Below, in pieces: positions 16,872 to 27,023 of a DNA stretch of 64,000 bases. The stretch's first letter is position 1. Each line of letters opens with the position of its first letter. The notes under the pieces are model-generated. The model worked only from the letters and a program-made list of their open reading frames with translations. It was not told where the DNA came from and did not search any database. Source of the stretch: Candidatus Acidiferrales bacterium (GTDB lineage: Bacteria > Acidobacteriota > Terriglobia > Acidiferrales > UBA7541); contig JASHPG010000221.1 in the NCBI GenBank assembly GCA_030038275.1, forward strand, positions 3,451-67,450, in the 5' to 3' direction. The position numbers and the translations under genes were made by a program.

Positions 16872-18137
16872 CTAACCTTTCGTGCTCCATCGCTCGATGA
16901 AGAAGCTCCTCTGCCGCCCAAATTCCTGGCAAAGGTCTTCCAGATCGGCTTCCATGGCATCGGCATCATCCGAGCGATGCACGGTGAGAAAAGAATGGAC
17001 TCGTCCGCGATAGATGGGAACTAACGCCTGGACCAAATGGCCGCGATTTATTACGGAGCGGTGATACGCCACGGCGAATTCGTACACGGCGCGCACCCAC
17101 AAAGCGTTGCTAAGGCGGAACGCGGTTTCGTCAAGCGCGGCGAGCCGGACGAGCTCGGCGTGAGTATCGGAATCCAGAATCGACGCCAATATGTCCGAGA
17201 GTTCGGCAACGCCGGTGCGATAGAGCTGAAACATCTTCTTCCGGTCAACGCGGACCGCTTCATTGGTTAGCTGATGATCCGGACCGAATGTCTTCAGAGG
17301 CTCCGGATCGTGGCCATGAATCCAGTAGGTTTCCGTTGATTCGAGACACCAGAAAAATCCGCCGACTGCTTCGCGAATCACGTCCACAACGGCGACGGAT
17401 GAAGATCGCGCTTTCGGCCCGAGAAATGCCTGGCAGCACGTGAGCGAATCGGACATCGCTGTGATTGCCATCCAGGTCTCGGCCGCGGATTGCACTCCTT
17501 CGTTTTCCCATTCGCCGCGATTCGTGCATTCCGATGCAAGCCGACCGGAGAAACCGAACTCGCTGGCTCGCATTTCCCGCATCGATTTGCCAAAAATGGC
17601 GCGGCTAAAAGGGTAGAGCAGGTTGCGAGTGAGCAGGCCGTCGAAACGATGGCGGGCGTACAGCGGCGCGACGAAATCGTAATTCTCTCGGAAAACAGGA
17701 TTCAGAAGCGAATCGATCCACCCTGGGCTGACCGCGGCAGTGGAACCGGAAACGACCGCGGATGCTTTTGCGTGAAGGAGGTCGGCGGCAGCCAAGATGG
17801 TCCGCAACACCGCTGAATCTCCGGCGGCGCTTTCCGTCCGGGCCGTGATCCAGCGCAGCGTGCGAAGCGATTCGAAGCCGTTGGTGCCGACCACGCTCGC
17901 TTGGCGAACCGCTTCCTGCGTTCCGTCGCGCGAGCCAGCGTCGATATTTATCAGGACAGTGCGCTGGCGGCGGAAGTTGCGCAGCAGAGACTCTTCGGCG
18001 GCGCGGACGATGTTGCCAATCGTCCTGCAATTATTGCGAGAAGGGATTCCAACCAGCAGGTCAACTTCCCCGACGCTGACGAGCTGGCGAATGAAGTCGT
18101 CGGAAAGGAGGGTTTCGTCGCTCACTCCTCGCTCCAT
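16872..18137 (-). CDS. GT-A-fold (GT2-like) glycosyltransferase-like protein of unknown specificity
   Basis: 421 aa. The N-terminal GT2-like signature is VDLLVGIPSRNNCRTIGNIV...VLINIDAGSRDGTQEAV. At the position where I expect DxD it reads AVVSGSTAAVSPGWI. I do not recognise the C-terminal half. Confidence 0.6.
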   Translation of the reverse strand: MERGVSDETLLSDDFIRQLVSVGEVDLLVGIPSRNNCRTIGNIVRAAEESLLRNFRRQRTVLINIDAGSRDGTQEAVRQASVVGTNGFESLRTLRWITARTESAAGDSAVLRTILAAADLLHAKASAVVSGSTAAVSPGWIDSLLNPVFRENYDFVAPLYARHRFDGLLTRNLLYPFSRAIFGKSMREMRASEFGFSGRLASECTNRGEWENEGVQSAAETWMAITAMSDSLTCCQAFLGPKARSSSVAVVDVIREAVGGFFWCLESTETYWIHGHDPEPLKTFGPDHQLTNEAVRVDRKKMFQLYRTGVAELSDILASILDSDTHAELVRLAALDETAFRLSNALWVRAVYEFAVAYHRSVINRGHLVQALVPIYRGRVHSFLTVHRSDDADAMEADLEDLCQEFGRQRSFFIERWSTKG

Positions 18138-18189
18138 GAGCTATCCCGTCCCGATGACCGACGGGACGCGCCGAATCTAACTTTTATAA

Positions 18190-19830
18190 TCAAATTCGCC
18201 GCAGCCGGAACCAATAAAATTGATAGGGCCCCATCGTGAGCAAGTAGGGCAAATCGCCAATGCGCGGAAAAATCGTCTTGCCCGACATTTCGATCGGAAT
18301 GGCCCCCCTATATCTTTTAAGGTTGAGCTCAACTGCCTGCGAAGTGCTGGAGAGATTGTTTACCGCCAACACGCGCTCGCTACCGAACTCGCGCACGTAG
18401 GCGAGCACGCGATGATTGGGCGGATCGAGAAACTCGATGCTGCCGCGGCTGAACACCTGCGTGGATTTGCGGACTTGGATCAGGCGCTTCATCCAGGAAA
18501 GCAGGGAGTGCTCGGAGCGCTTCTGTGAATCCACGTTCACTGCTTGGTATCCGTACACCGGATTGGAGATGAGTGGCGCGTACAGCTGCTCGGGATCGGC
18601 ATCGGAGAAGCCGGCGTTCCAATGTCCATCCCATTGCATGGGAGTGCGAACGCCATTGCGGTCCCCGATGTAAACGTTGTCGCCCATTCCGATTTCATCG
18701 CCGTAGTAGATCACTGGAGTGCCGGGAAGCGACATGAGCATTCCGTTTAGAAGCTCTATCCGCCTGCGGTCGTTGTCCATTAGCGGAGCGAGGCGGCGGC
18801 GAATGCCGAGATTGATGCGCATGGTTTTATCGCGCGCGTATTCGTCGTACATGTAATCGCGCTCGATATCCGTTACCATTTCGAGCGTCAGTTCGTCATG
18901 ATTGCGCAGGAAGATGCACCATTGGCAGTTTTTCGGAATTTCCGGCGTACGCTGTAGGATTTCGATGATGGGCTTGCGGTCCTCCAGCTTTACGGCCATG
19001 AACATGCGCGGCATGAGTGGAAAGTGGAAGGCCATGTGAAATTCGTCGCCCTGCCCGAAGTAGGCGCAGACGTCCGCGGGCCATTGATTCGCTTCAGCGA
19101 GCAACATTTTGCCCGGAAATGATTCGTCCAGGCGGCGGCGAAAATCGCGGACGATATCGTGCGTCTCGGGCAAGTTCTCGCAGGACGTTCCATCGCGCTC
19201 GACCAGGTAGGGAACGGCGTCCAAACGAAAACCATCGATGCCGAGTTCGAGCCAGAATTTCATCACATTCCACATCGCTTCGCGCACTTCCGGATTGTCG
19301 TAGTTCAAGTCCGGCTGGTGGCTGAAAAAGCGGTGCCAGTAATATGCTTTCGAGACTGGATCCCACGCCCAGTTCGATAGCTCCGTATCGACGAAAATGA
19401 TGCGCGCGTCGCGGTAGAGTTCGTCGGTGTCACTCCACACGTACCAGTTTCGCCGCGGATTGTCACGAGAGCTTCGCGATTCCTGAAACCACGGATGCTG
19501 GTCCGAAGTGTGGTTGAGAACCATTTCGATGATCACGCGAATACCGCGCTGGTGCGCGGCATCGAGAAACGCCTTGAGATCGTCGAGCGTGCCGTAACTC
19601 TTGTGAACGGCGCAGTAATCCGCGATGTCGTAGCCGTCGTCTCGCAGTGGCGAGGGATAGAACGGAAGCAGCCAAATGGACGTGACGCCCAGTTCCTGAA
19701 GGTAATCGAGCTTACGTTGAAGCCCGCGGAAATCGCCCACTCCATCGCCATTGCTGTCGAAAAACGTGCGGACGTGCAATTGATATATGACGGAGTCCTT
19801 ATACCATTCGAGTTGCAGGGGAGCGGTCAC
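18190..19830 (-). CDS. treS: Trehalose synthase / maltose alpha-D-glucosyltransferase
   Basis: 546 aa. [79 protein letters not shown]. Confidence 0.93.
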   Translation of the reverse strand: MTAPLQLEWYKDSVIYQLHVRTFFDSNGDGVGDFRGLQRKLDYLQELGVTSIWLLPFYPSPLRDDGYDIADYCAVHKSYGTLDDLKAFLDAAHQRGIRVIIEMVLNHTSDQHPWFQESRSSRDNPRRNWYVWSDTDELYRDARIIFVDTELSNWAWDPVSKAYYWHRFFSHQPDLNYDNPEVREAMWNVMKFWLELGIDGFRLDAVPYLVERDGTSCENLPETHDIVRDFRRRLDESFPGKMLLAEANQWPADVCAYFGQGDEFHMAFHFPLMPRMFMAVKLEDRKPIIEILQRTPEIPKNCQWCIFLRNHDELTLEMVTDIERDYMYDEYARDKTMRINLGIRRRLAPLMDNDRRRIELLNGMLMSLPGTPVIYYGDEIGMGDNVYIGDRNGVRTPMQWDGHWNAGFSDADPEQLYAPLISNPVYGYQAVNVDSQKRSEHSLLSWMKRLIQVRKSTQVFSRGSIEFLDPPNHRVLAYVREFGSERVLAVNNLSSTSQAVELNLKRYRGAIPIEMSGKTIFPRIGDLPYLLTMGPYQFYWFRLRRI

Positions 19831-19846
19831 GGACGGATCGCGATAT

Positions 19847-21892
19847 TCAGAGAAAATAGTCGAAATCCTGCTCGGAGCGCACGCGCCGGCGCAGTCGGAA
19901 AATGTGGGCGGGCATTCGTTGCGGGTCGAGCTCCACGTAATTGCGCGAGCCGTGCCATAGATAGCGGGCTTCCGTCACCAGATCGTGCATTTGATATTCC
20001 TGATGCATATCCAGATGAAAGTAATCGAGCGGAAGCTCGATCCATCCCGATTGGCGGTGATGGGGGTCGAGATTGACCACAACGACGATTGAATTCGATC
20101 GATCGTCGCTCGCTTTGCTGAATGCGATGATCTGGTCGTTGTCCACCTCGTGGAAGCGAATGGTTGCATCGCTCTGGAGCGCGATATTGTCCTTGCGGAT
20201 AGCGTTGATTTTGGCGACCAAGTCTTTCAGGCTGTCCGGGCGGCGGATATCCCAGGCGCGAATCTGGTATTTCTCGGAGTCCAGATATTCCTCGCTCCCG
20301 GAATGCAGGGCGCGATTTTCGAATAATTCGAAAGCAGGCCCATAAATACCGTAGTTCGCTCCAAGAGTCGCGGCGAGGCACAAACGAATCACGAATGCCG
20401 AACGGCCGCCGTACTGCAGGTATTCCGTAAGAATATCGGGCGTGTTTGGCCAGAGATTTGGACGGAAAAATTCGCGCACTTCCGTCTGCGCGAGTTCGCG
20501 AAAATACTCCGTCAAATCCCATTTCGTGTTGCGCCATGCGAAATACGTGTAAGACTGCGTGAACCCGGCCTTCGCCAGCCGGTACATCACCTTCGGGCGC
20601 GTGAACGCCTCGGCAAGAAAAATCACATCCGGACATTCGCCGCGCACTTCGGCGATCAGCCATTCCCAGAAAGCGAAAGGCTTCGTGTGCGGGTTATCCA
20701 CGCGAAAAATACGAATCCCCTGCCGAACCCAGTATAGCGCAATGCTCTTTAGCTCTTCACAAAGCGCCTCGGTGTGTTCGCTTTCGAAATTGAGCGGATA
20801 AATATCCTGATATTTTTTGGGCGGGTTTTCAGCGTATTGAACGGAACCATCCGGGCGAATGCGAAACCACTCCGGATGCTCGCGAACGTAGGGATGATCG
20901 GGCGCGCACTGGAAGGCTAGATCGAGAGCTACTTCGATGCCCCGTCTTCTGGCTTCGGCCAGCAGCTTTTTGAATTCGTCCAGCGTTCCGAGTTGAGGAT
21001 GAATCGACTTGTGCCCGCCAAGCGAAGAGCCGATGGCCCATGGACTACCGGCATCTTCCGGTAAACGCTCCGTCGAGTTGTTTTTCCCTTTGCGCTCAAC
21101 TTCGCCAATGGGATGGATGGGTGGAAGATACAGAATGTCGAATCCCATTTCGGAAATATAATCGAGGCGCTCGATGCAGCTCTGAAACGTGCCGTGCCGC
21201 GTAGGATCGTTTGTGCAAGATCGAGGAAACATTTCATACCACGCGCCATGCCGGGCGCGTTCGCGATCAACTTCCACGGCCAATTCGCGTTCGTAGATGG
21301 TTGCGGCGGCGAGATCTGGACAGCGGGCCATCTCAAGCGCGAGTTCTTCACTCGATGCAATCGCGAAGGCTGTATCCGGATCGTCCTTGTGGAGTTCGCG
21401 GAATTGCCGCGCGAATTCCCGAAGCGCGGCCGCATTTTCAGTTGAGCTCGACCGAGCAGCGGCTTGTGCAACCAGTTCAGCGCCGGCTAGGAATTCAAGG
21501 GACAAGTCCTGCTTGGCGTCCTGCCGCTTCTTCAGATCTCGCACCCACGATTTGAATGCGTCTGGCCAAGCTTGGATCGTATAGATGTGCCGTTCCTGGC
21601 GTGAAATCCGAAATTCACCCACCCAAGAGTCGTTAACCACTTCCCGCATCGGTGCTATCGACCAATCCGGCTGGTCCTGGACACGGTATAAGAGCCTCGC
21701 ACTGAGAAGATCGTGGCCGTCTGCGAAAATATCGGCCGTGACTTCGACCTTCTCCCCGGGCGTGCGCTTGATCGGGAAGCGCCCGCCATCGATTTCCGGG
21801 CGAACGTTTTCAATCACCGCACGTCGGATTGGGAGGTGAATCGAGGCTGGATTCTTAGCAGAAGCCATAACATTACTATGATATGGCTGCAT
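19847..21892 (-). CDS. glgE: Alpha-1,4-glucan:maltose-1-phosphate maltosyltransferase
   Basis: 681 aa. [94 protein letters not shown]. The start could also be the second ATG at 21868. Confidence 0.92.
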   Translation of the reverse strand: MQPYHSNVMASAKNPASIHLPIRRAVIENVRPEIDGGRFPIKRTPGEKVEVTADIFADGHDLLSARLLYRVQDQPDWSIAPMREVVNDSWVGEFRISRQERHIYTIQAWPDAFKSWVRDLKKRQDAKQDLSLEFLAGAELVAQAAARSSSTENAAALREFARQFRELHKDDPDTAFAIASSEELALEMARCPDLAAATIYERELAVEVDRERARHGAWYEMFPRSCTNDPTRHGTFQSCIERLDYISEMGFDILYLPPIHPIGEVERKGKNNSTERLPEDAGSPWAIGSSLGGHKSIHPQLGTLDEFKKLLAEARRRGIEVALDLAFQCAPDHPYVREHPEWFRIRPDGSVQYAENPPKKYQDIYPLNFESEHTEALCEELKSIALYWVRQGIRIFRVDNPHTKPFAFWEWLIAEVRGECPDVIFLAEAFTRPKVMYRLAKAGFTQSYTYFAWRNTKWDLTEYFRELAQTEVREFFRPNLWPNTPDILTEYLQYGGRSAFVIRLCLAATLGANYGIYGPAFELFENRALHSGSEEYLDSEKYQIRAWDIRRPDSLKDLVAKINAIRKDNIALQSDATIRFHEVDNDQIIAFSKASDDRSNSIVVVVNLDPHHRQSGWIELPLDYFHLDMHQEYQMHDLVTEARYLWHGSRNYVELDPQRMPAHIFRLRRRVRSEQDFDYFL

Positions 21893-22078
21893 GGGATGCG
21901 CGATTAACGGAAAACCTCAAGCAACATTTATGACGAGGACACACGGGGAAAGCGCCCAGCCAGCAGCCACCCACGAATGGCGCGCGGGTTCGATTGCGAG
22001 GAGACACGATGGCCCCGATACCGCCGAGCCTTGCCAAGTCGCGGAGTCGTTGCTGGCCGCAGCGGGTTTAGCAATGCG

Positions 22079-22633
22079 CTAAGCGGATTTTCGCGAAACG
22101 TTCAGTTGCTGTTCACGTTCGCCTGTAATTTCGCCCAAAAACCATGCGCGACGTTCAGTTTGGTCAATCCACACTTCGATCATACTGGTGGTGGCGACGT
22201 CCTTGTTTTTCTCGCACACCTCGTGCATGGAACGCAGGAATCGCGTGAGCTCGCGATTATCGCGGCCGAGTTCGTGCAACATGTCGATCGCATCCACTCT
22301 TTCTTCGTTATTATCTTTGAGGCGCTGGTGTTTGGAGATGTCGCTGATCGAGTGGATGGTCGTGCCGCCCAGCTTTCGTGCCCGCTCGGCGATGTCGTCG
22401 GTCATGGCGAATATCTGCGTCCCATGCTCGTCGAGCAGCAAATGATAATCGCGAAAATTGCGACCGGTCATGTGCCAATGGAAATTCTTGGTCTTCACGT
22501 ATAGAGCGAAAACGTCTGCTAACAATCGTCGCAAGCCGTTCGAGATTTCCACGATGCTGTCCCGCCCGAGATCAGGAGCAGGTTCAGTGGGTCCTTGTTC
22601 TGAAGTCTTCATGCGAGCCGCCGTGTGGTCCAT
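22079..22633 (-). CDS. dps: Dps (DNA protection during starvation, ferritin-like)
   Basis: Start set at ATG 22633, preceded by AAGGAGG. 184 aa. LYVKTKNFHWHMTGRNFRDYHLLLDEH and AERARKLGG motifs. Confidence 0.9.
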   Translation of the reverse strand: MDHTAARMKTSEQGPTEPAPDLGRDSIVEISNGLRRLLADVFALYVKTKNFHWHMTGRNFRDYHLLLDEHGTQIFAMTDDIAERARKLGGTTIHSISDISKHQRLKDNNEERVDAIDMLHELGRDNRELTRFLRSMHEVCEKNKDVATTSMIEVWIDQTERRAWFLGEITGEREQQLNVSRKSA

Positions 22634-23013
22634 GGTGCCTCCTTTGGCGTTCTTCGGTAGGATGCGCGCGCCTTCGGACCGGTGGCACACGTCGCGTGAA
22701 GGCTCGAAATGTTTCGATTTACGCCGGCTGTTTGCCGAGCTTTCGAAAAATCCGCCGCGCAAGCTCCGAACCGCCTTTGCCGAAGATGCTTTGTCCAGCC
22801 GAATGGGGGCAGAGCTGTATTCGCGGGGCCAATGAGCTGATCGTTCATCTCGGAGTCGGGGCCATAAGGGCTTTGCTTTAGAGCCGAGTGCTCCGCTATT
22901 CCATACTGAAATACATAGTTCCGCATATTTAAGCGACGCCATTTCTTCCCCAAAATCACGACTGATTGGTATTAGGTGTGTCAGAACGAGAACCCAGCTG
23001 AGGAGGGAAAACA

Positions 23014-23178
23014 ATGCTGCGTTGGGCTTTAGCCTTTTTCATCATCGCGATCATCGCGGCGATCTTTGGATTCGCGGGCATCGCTGTGGCCGCGGCAAGC
23101 ATTGCGAAGATTCTCTTTTTCATCTTCCTGATTTTGTTTGTGATTGCGCTCGTGGGCGGACTCGTGCGAAGGGCGTGA
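23014..23178 (+). CDS. DUF1328 / UPF0391 small membrane protein (YtjA-like)
   Basis: Found by hand (54 aa, below the ORF-track cutoff): [62 protein letters not shown] lies 6-7 nt upstream. The family signature is the AA.FGF.GIA...A.IAK.LFF core. Confidence 0.8.
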   Translation: MLRWALAFFIIAIIAAIFGFAGIAVAAASIAKILFFIFLILFVIALVGGLVRRA

Positions 23179-23316
23179 GGAGCGGAGACGGTCGGTACAC
23201 GTGAGATCCGTCTGATCGGCTGTGTGTTGCCGCGGAGCCGGCTGGCGGTGACGCCAGCGGGGCCGCACATCCGCCACTCCATGGCACCAGCGCGAAATCA
23301 TCAGGCTGAGCGGACC

Positions 23317-25992
23317 CTAAACTGGAATATCGGCATGGTCGAACAAGGATTCCAGCCTTTGCTTATGGCTCCAAAAATCGCGCCATAGGTCACCCGCCTT
23401 TTCCACGCGTGCGCGAATCGTTTTCAGGTTCCATCGCTCGGGTGTCACCGTGGCGCTCAGTTCGCTGAGTTCCACGGGTGTAGAGACCGGCGCGTGCGGA
23501 AATGCTCTTACGGAATATACGCTGGCGAGCGATTGTCCTTCAGAATTTTGATGGGCGTCCATATAGATCGAGCCGCGCGCCCGCTTGGTTACCGTGTGCT
23601 GAGAGGTGAGCACTCCCGGATGCTTTCTGGCAACCAGGTCCGCCACTGCCTGAACGAAAAGCCGGACCTGCTCGAAGGTGTACTTCGGCTCGATGGGAAC
23701 GTAGATGTGAAATCCCGTCGCGCCTGACGTCTTGGCATATGCCTCTAACCGGAGACTCGCCAGCGTTTCAAATAGCAGTCTCCCGAATTTAATTACATCC
23801 GAAAACGAAGCTCCTTCGGATGGATCGAGGTCGAAAAACGCGTAATCGGGATGCTCCCGATTGTTGTAGCGGCACGACCACGGATTGTGGTCGATGCATC
23901 CGAGGTTCGTCAGATACAGCAGCGTGGCACGGTCATTCGCAAGGATGTAATGAATCTCGCCGCCCTTGCTCCGTCCGCTCTCCGACGCGATCGCTACTGT
24001 CTTTATCCAATCCGGTGTGTCCTTTCCCGCTTCTTTTTGAAAAAAGGGCGTTCCGGTAATTCCATTCGGATACCGGCGCAGTACCAGCGGGCGATCCTTG
24101 AGAAACGGCAAAAACATGGGTGCGGCCCAGAAGTAGTAAGCCAGCAGGTCGCGCTTGCGGTACCCAGACTCTGGAAAATAGACCTTATTTAGATTCGTGA
24201 AACGAAGCTGCCGGCCATCGATCTCGGCGAACATTTCGTCCGCTGTTCCATGTTGAAGTTCGTGCTCGACTCGATCTTCGTCGCTACCAAGTTTCGATGG
24301 CGGCGCGGAAGCTTTCGTCGGCAAGCTGTGCTGACTCGAAGCGGACCTGGGGGACGTCGCCGCCTTCCGCGGTTCGGTAGTGCCCGTATGATCGGGCGCG
24401 GCCTTTGCCTCTGCCTCAAACGTGCACGCAGTAGGATCGTGATCTTCATGCAAGCCCAGAAAACACGGCTGACGCAGATGACGGTCTTCCGTCCAGTTTC
24501 CAAAGCGAACGCGCGCCACGAGTTCGGGTTTCGTCCAGTAGGCGCGTTCCCTCGTGGCAGGTTCTTCCGCGAATGGCGACTTGCTCTCGCGCAAATTCTG
24601 AAGCTGCGGCCACAGGCGCTGCTGGCCTTCGACTGAAAAACCGCTTCCCACGTTTCCGATGTACTTCAGGCCGCCCGCTTCGTATAAGCCCAGCAGCAAT
24701 GCGCCGAAATATTCCCGCGAGCCGCGCGGATCGGTCCACCCGCCGACGACCGCATCGAGTTCCCAATCGAGTTTGATTTTCAGCCATGACTGGCCCCGGC
24801 CCTTCGGATACGGGCTTGACACCTTTTTTGCGATGATGCCTTCGAGCCTGCGCGTGGTCGCGGCCTCGAATAGCTCGGTACCTTTTTCAAGTACGTGATC
24901 CGAATAACGAATTTTTTCATCCTCGCGCAAAATCTGGCGCAGGAGGTTCTTTCGCTCGACCAGTGGGACGTTTTGAAGGTCACGCCCGTCGAGGTAAAGT
25001 AGGTCGAATAGGTAATAGACAACAGGAGACTCGTGGATCAGCTTGGCCGTCGGATGACGCACGCCGAAACGAAGCTGCAGCTTCTGAAAGTCGCTTCGGC
25101 CCTCCGAATCAAGCACCACGATTTCACCGTCTAGCCACGCCTCTCGGGCATTAACATGGTCCGCGAGATCGGAAAGTTCGGGATATTCGCCGGTGATCTT
25201 GCGCTGCGAGCGCGACCACAATTGCATGGACCCATCGCGAACACGCGCAAGCGCGCGAACGCCGTCCCACTTAATTTCGAACAGCCAGTCAGGATCGGAA
25301 AAAGGTTTCTCAATCAGAGTTGCTAGAGCGGGAGGAATAAATCCGGGCATCGGCACGATGCGCGCGCCCGCGGGCATGTTTAATCGCCGTGGCGCAGCAG
25401 CCCGCCTATTTACGCTCGACTGACTCGGCAGTTTCGCTATAACGTTAGGTCGCGATCCGTCGGCCGATTTCGGAGTCGTTCTGAGTGGCGACGCCGCTTC
25501 GGCCGCGGCGCGTTCCTCGCGATGTTTTATCAGCAACCACTGCGGTCTCGCGGGGTCGCTGTTCCGCAACTTCACCAGAACGAAACTGCCGCGCAGCTTT
25601 TTTCCGTCAAGCGTGAACTTCAATTCTCCGCGGCGCAATTGTTCGCTCGCGGAAACGTCGCCCTCCGGTGCAAATTGACCCTCGTCCCAGATTTTCACTT
25701 GCCCGGCGCCGTAGTGACCCGCTGGAATCGTGCCGTGAAATGTCGCGTATTCGAGGGGGTGGTCTTCCGTCTGAACCGCAAGCCGCTTGTCGGCCGGATT
25801 CATCGAGGGCCCCTTCGGAACGGCCCAGGATTTCAGGACGCCGCCAATTTCCAGGCGAAAATCGTAATGCAGCCTCCGCGCGTGGTGCTCCTGTACGACG
25901 AATCGACTACCGCTCCGAGTCCGCGAGGTTCCTGGAGGCTCGGGTGTCTCGCCAAACTTGCGTTTTTGCCGGTATTCCTGCAGTCGCGCCAT
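23317..25992 (-). CDS. ligD: ATP-dependent DNA ligase D, domain order phosphoesterase-ligase-polymerase
   Basis: 891 aa. PE domain FVVQEHHARRLHYDFRLE...WAVPKGPS. Ligase motif I EIKWDGVR. Pol/primase domain KTSGATGFHIYVPI...DAHQN. Confidence 0.93.
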   Translation of the reverse strand: MARLQEYRQKRKFGETPEPPGTSRTRSGSRFVVQEHHARRLHYDFRLEIGGVLKSWAVPKGPSMNPADKRLAVQTEDHPLEYATFHGTIPAGHYGAGQVKIWDEGQFAPEGDVSASEQLRRGELKFTLDGKKLRGSFVLVKLRNSDPARPQWLLIKHREERAAAEAASPLRTTPKSADGSRPNVIAKLPSQSSVNRRAAAPRRLNMPAGARIVPMPGFIPPALATLIEKPFSDPDWLFEIKWDGVRALARVRDGSMQLWSRSQRKITGEYPELSDLADHVNAREAWLDGEIVVLDSEGRSDFQKLQLRFGVRHPTAKLIHESPVVYYLFDLLYLDGRDLQNVPLVERKNLLRQILREDEKIRYSDHVLEKGTELFEAATTRRLEGIIAKKVSSPYPKGRGQSWLKIKLDWELDAVVGGWTDPRGSREYFGALLLGLYEAGGLKYIGNVGSGFSVEGQQRLWPQLQNLRESKSPFAEEPATRERAYWTKPELVARVRFGNWTEDRHLRQPCFLGLHEDHDPTACTFEAEAKAAPDHTGTTEPRKAATSPRSASSQHSLPTKASAPPSKLGSDEDRVEHELQHGTADEMFAEIDGRQLRFTNLNKVYFPESGYRKRDLLAYYFWAAPMFLPFLKDRPLVLRRYPNGITGTPFFQKEAGKDTPDWIKTVAIASESGRSKGGEIHYILANDRATLLYLTNLGCIDHNPWSCRYNNREHPDYAFFDLDPSEGASFSDVIKFGRLLFETLASLRLEAYAKTSGATGFHIYVPIEPKYTFEQVRLFVQAVADLVARKHPGVLTSQHTVTKRARGSIYMDAHQNSEGQSLASVYSVRAFPHAPVSTPVELSELSATVTPERWNLKTIRARVEKAGDLWRDFWSHKQRLESLFDHADIPV

Positions 25993-26134
25993 TCTTCAAT
26001 TATAGAGTTGCAATGGCCGCGCGCGGCTCAGCGCACCTACCATTCGCGGGTATTTCCTTAAAGTGAATCCCTGAATGTGTGCAAGGGGGTGCGGTGGTAC
26101 ACTAAGCGCCCAAAGCGGGACAGGGGGTTCAGAC

Positions 26135-26989
26135 ATGCCTTCTTCCGTGTGGCAAGGGTTCATATCCTTCGGGCTGATTTCTATTCCGGTCAAGTTGTAC
26201 GCGGCCGCGCGCGACAATCGGATTAGCCTTCATCAGCTGCACAGCGAATGCCATACGCGACTCCGCCAGCCGCTGTTCTGCCCCACCCACAGCCGCATCG
26301 TCGAGCGCTCCGAAGTGGTGAAGGGGTACGAATACGAAAAAGGCAAATACGTCCTCATCGATCCAGAAGATTTGAAGAAAATTCAGCCGGAATCCGCGCG
26401 CACGATGGAAATATTGAGTTTTGCGGACGCCGCGGAAGTTGACCCGCTCGCGTTCGATGCCTCGTACTACGTGGTTCCCGATAGCGAGGGACGCAAAGCC
26501 TACGCGCTGCTGGTGAAAACGATGGAAGACACGCACCGCGTCGCCGTAGCGAAGATAACCATGCACCAGCGCGAATACACCGTGTTCCTGCGCCCTTATC
26601 GTCACGGCCTCGCGCTGCACACGATGTACTACGAGGACGAAATCCGCGAGGCGCCGGGTTTTGGCGAAGTAGAAAACATGAAGCTCGCGCCGCAGGAAGT
26701 CAAACTCGCGGAACAGCTCGTCTCGAATCTTTCCGAAAAATTCGACCTTCGAAAGTATCACGACGAATATCAAGACCGCCTGAAGGCGCTGATCGAGGCG
26801 CGGCAAAAAGGCAAGGAAATCGCTGCCGTTCCCGAACAACACCGCGCTCCGGTGATCGATATTATGTCCGCGTTAAAAAAGAGTCTTGCCGCATCGGGCG
26901 CTGCGGAGCAGCCCGCCGCTCGTCCTGGTCCGGCCAGAGCCACGCCGCCGTTGGCCCGCCGCCGCGCTACTCGTCGAAAAGCCGGCTAA
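26135..26989 (+). CDS. ku: Ku protein (NHEJ DNA-end binding)
   Basis: Start at ATG 26135. MPSSVWQGFISFGLISIPVKLYAAAR..., VVKGYEYEKGKYV, and a basic C-terminal tail RRRATRRK. Divergent from ligD with a 142-bp spacer. Confidence 0.92.
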   Translation: MPSSVWQGFISFGLISIPVKLYAAARDNRISLHQLHSECHTRLRQPLFCPTHSRIVERSEVVKGYEYEKGKYVLIDPEDLKKIQPESARTMEILSFADAAEVDPLAFDASYYVVPDSEGRKAYALLVKTMEDTHRVAVAKITMHQREYTVFLRPYRHGLALHTMYYEDEIREAPGFGEVENMKLAPQEVKLAEQLVSNLSEKFDLRKYHDEYQDRLKALIEARQKGKEIAAVPEQHRAPVIDIMSALKKSLAASGAAEQPAARPGPARATPPLARRRATRRKAG

Positions 26990-27023
26990 GCTTTTTCTCG
27001 CCGTCACTGCTTGCGAACGCTTC

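Noticed and set aside
22634-23014. 127-codon extension of the Dps ORF
   Set aside because: There is no Dps-like sequence in it. ATG 22633 has a near-perfect AAGGAGG Shine-Dalgarno and gives a normal-length Dps.
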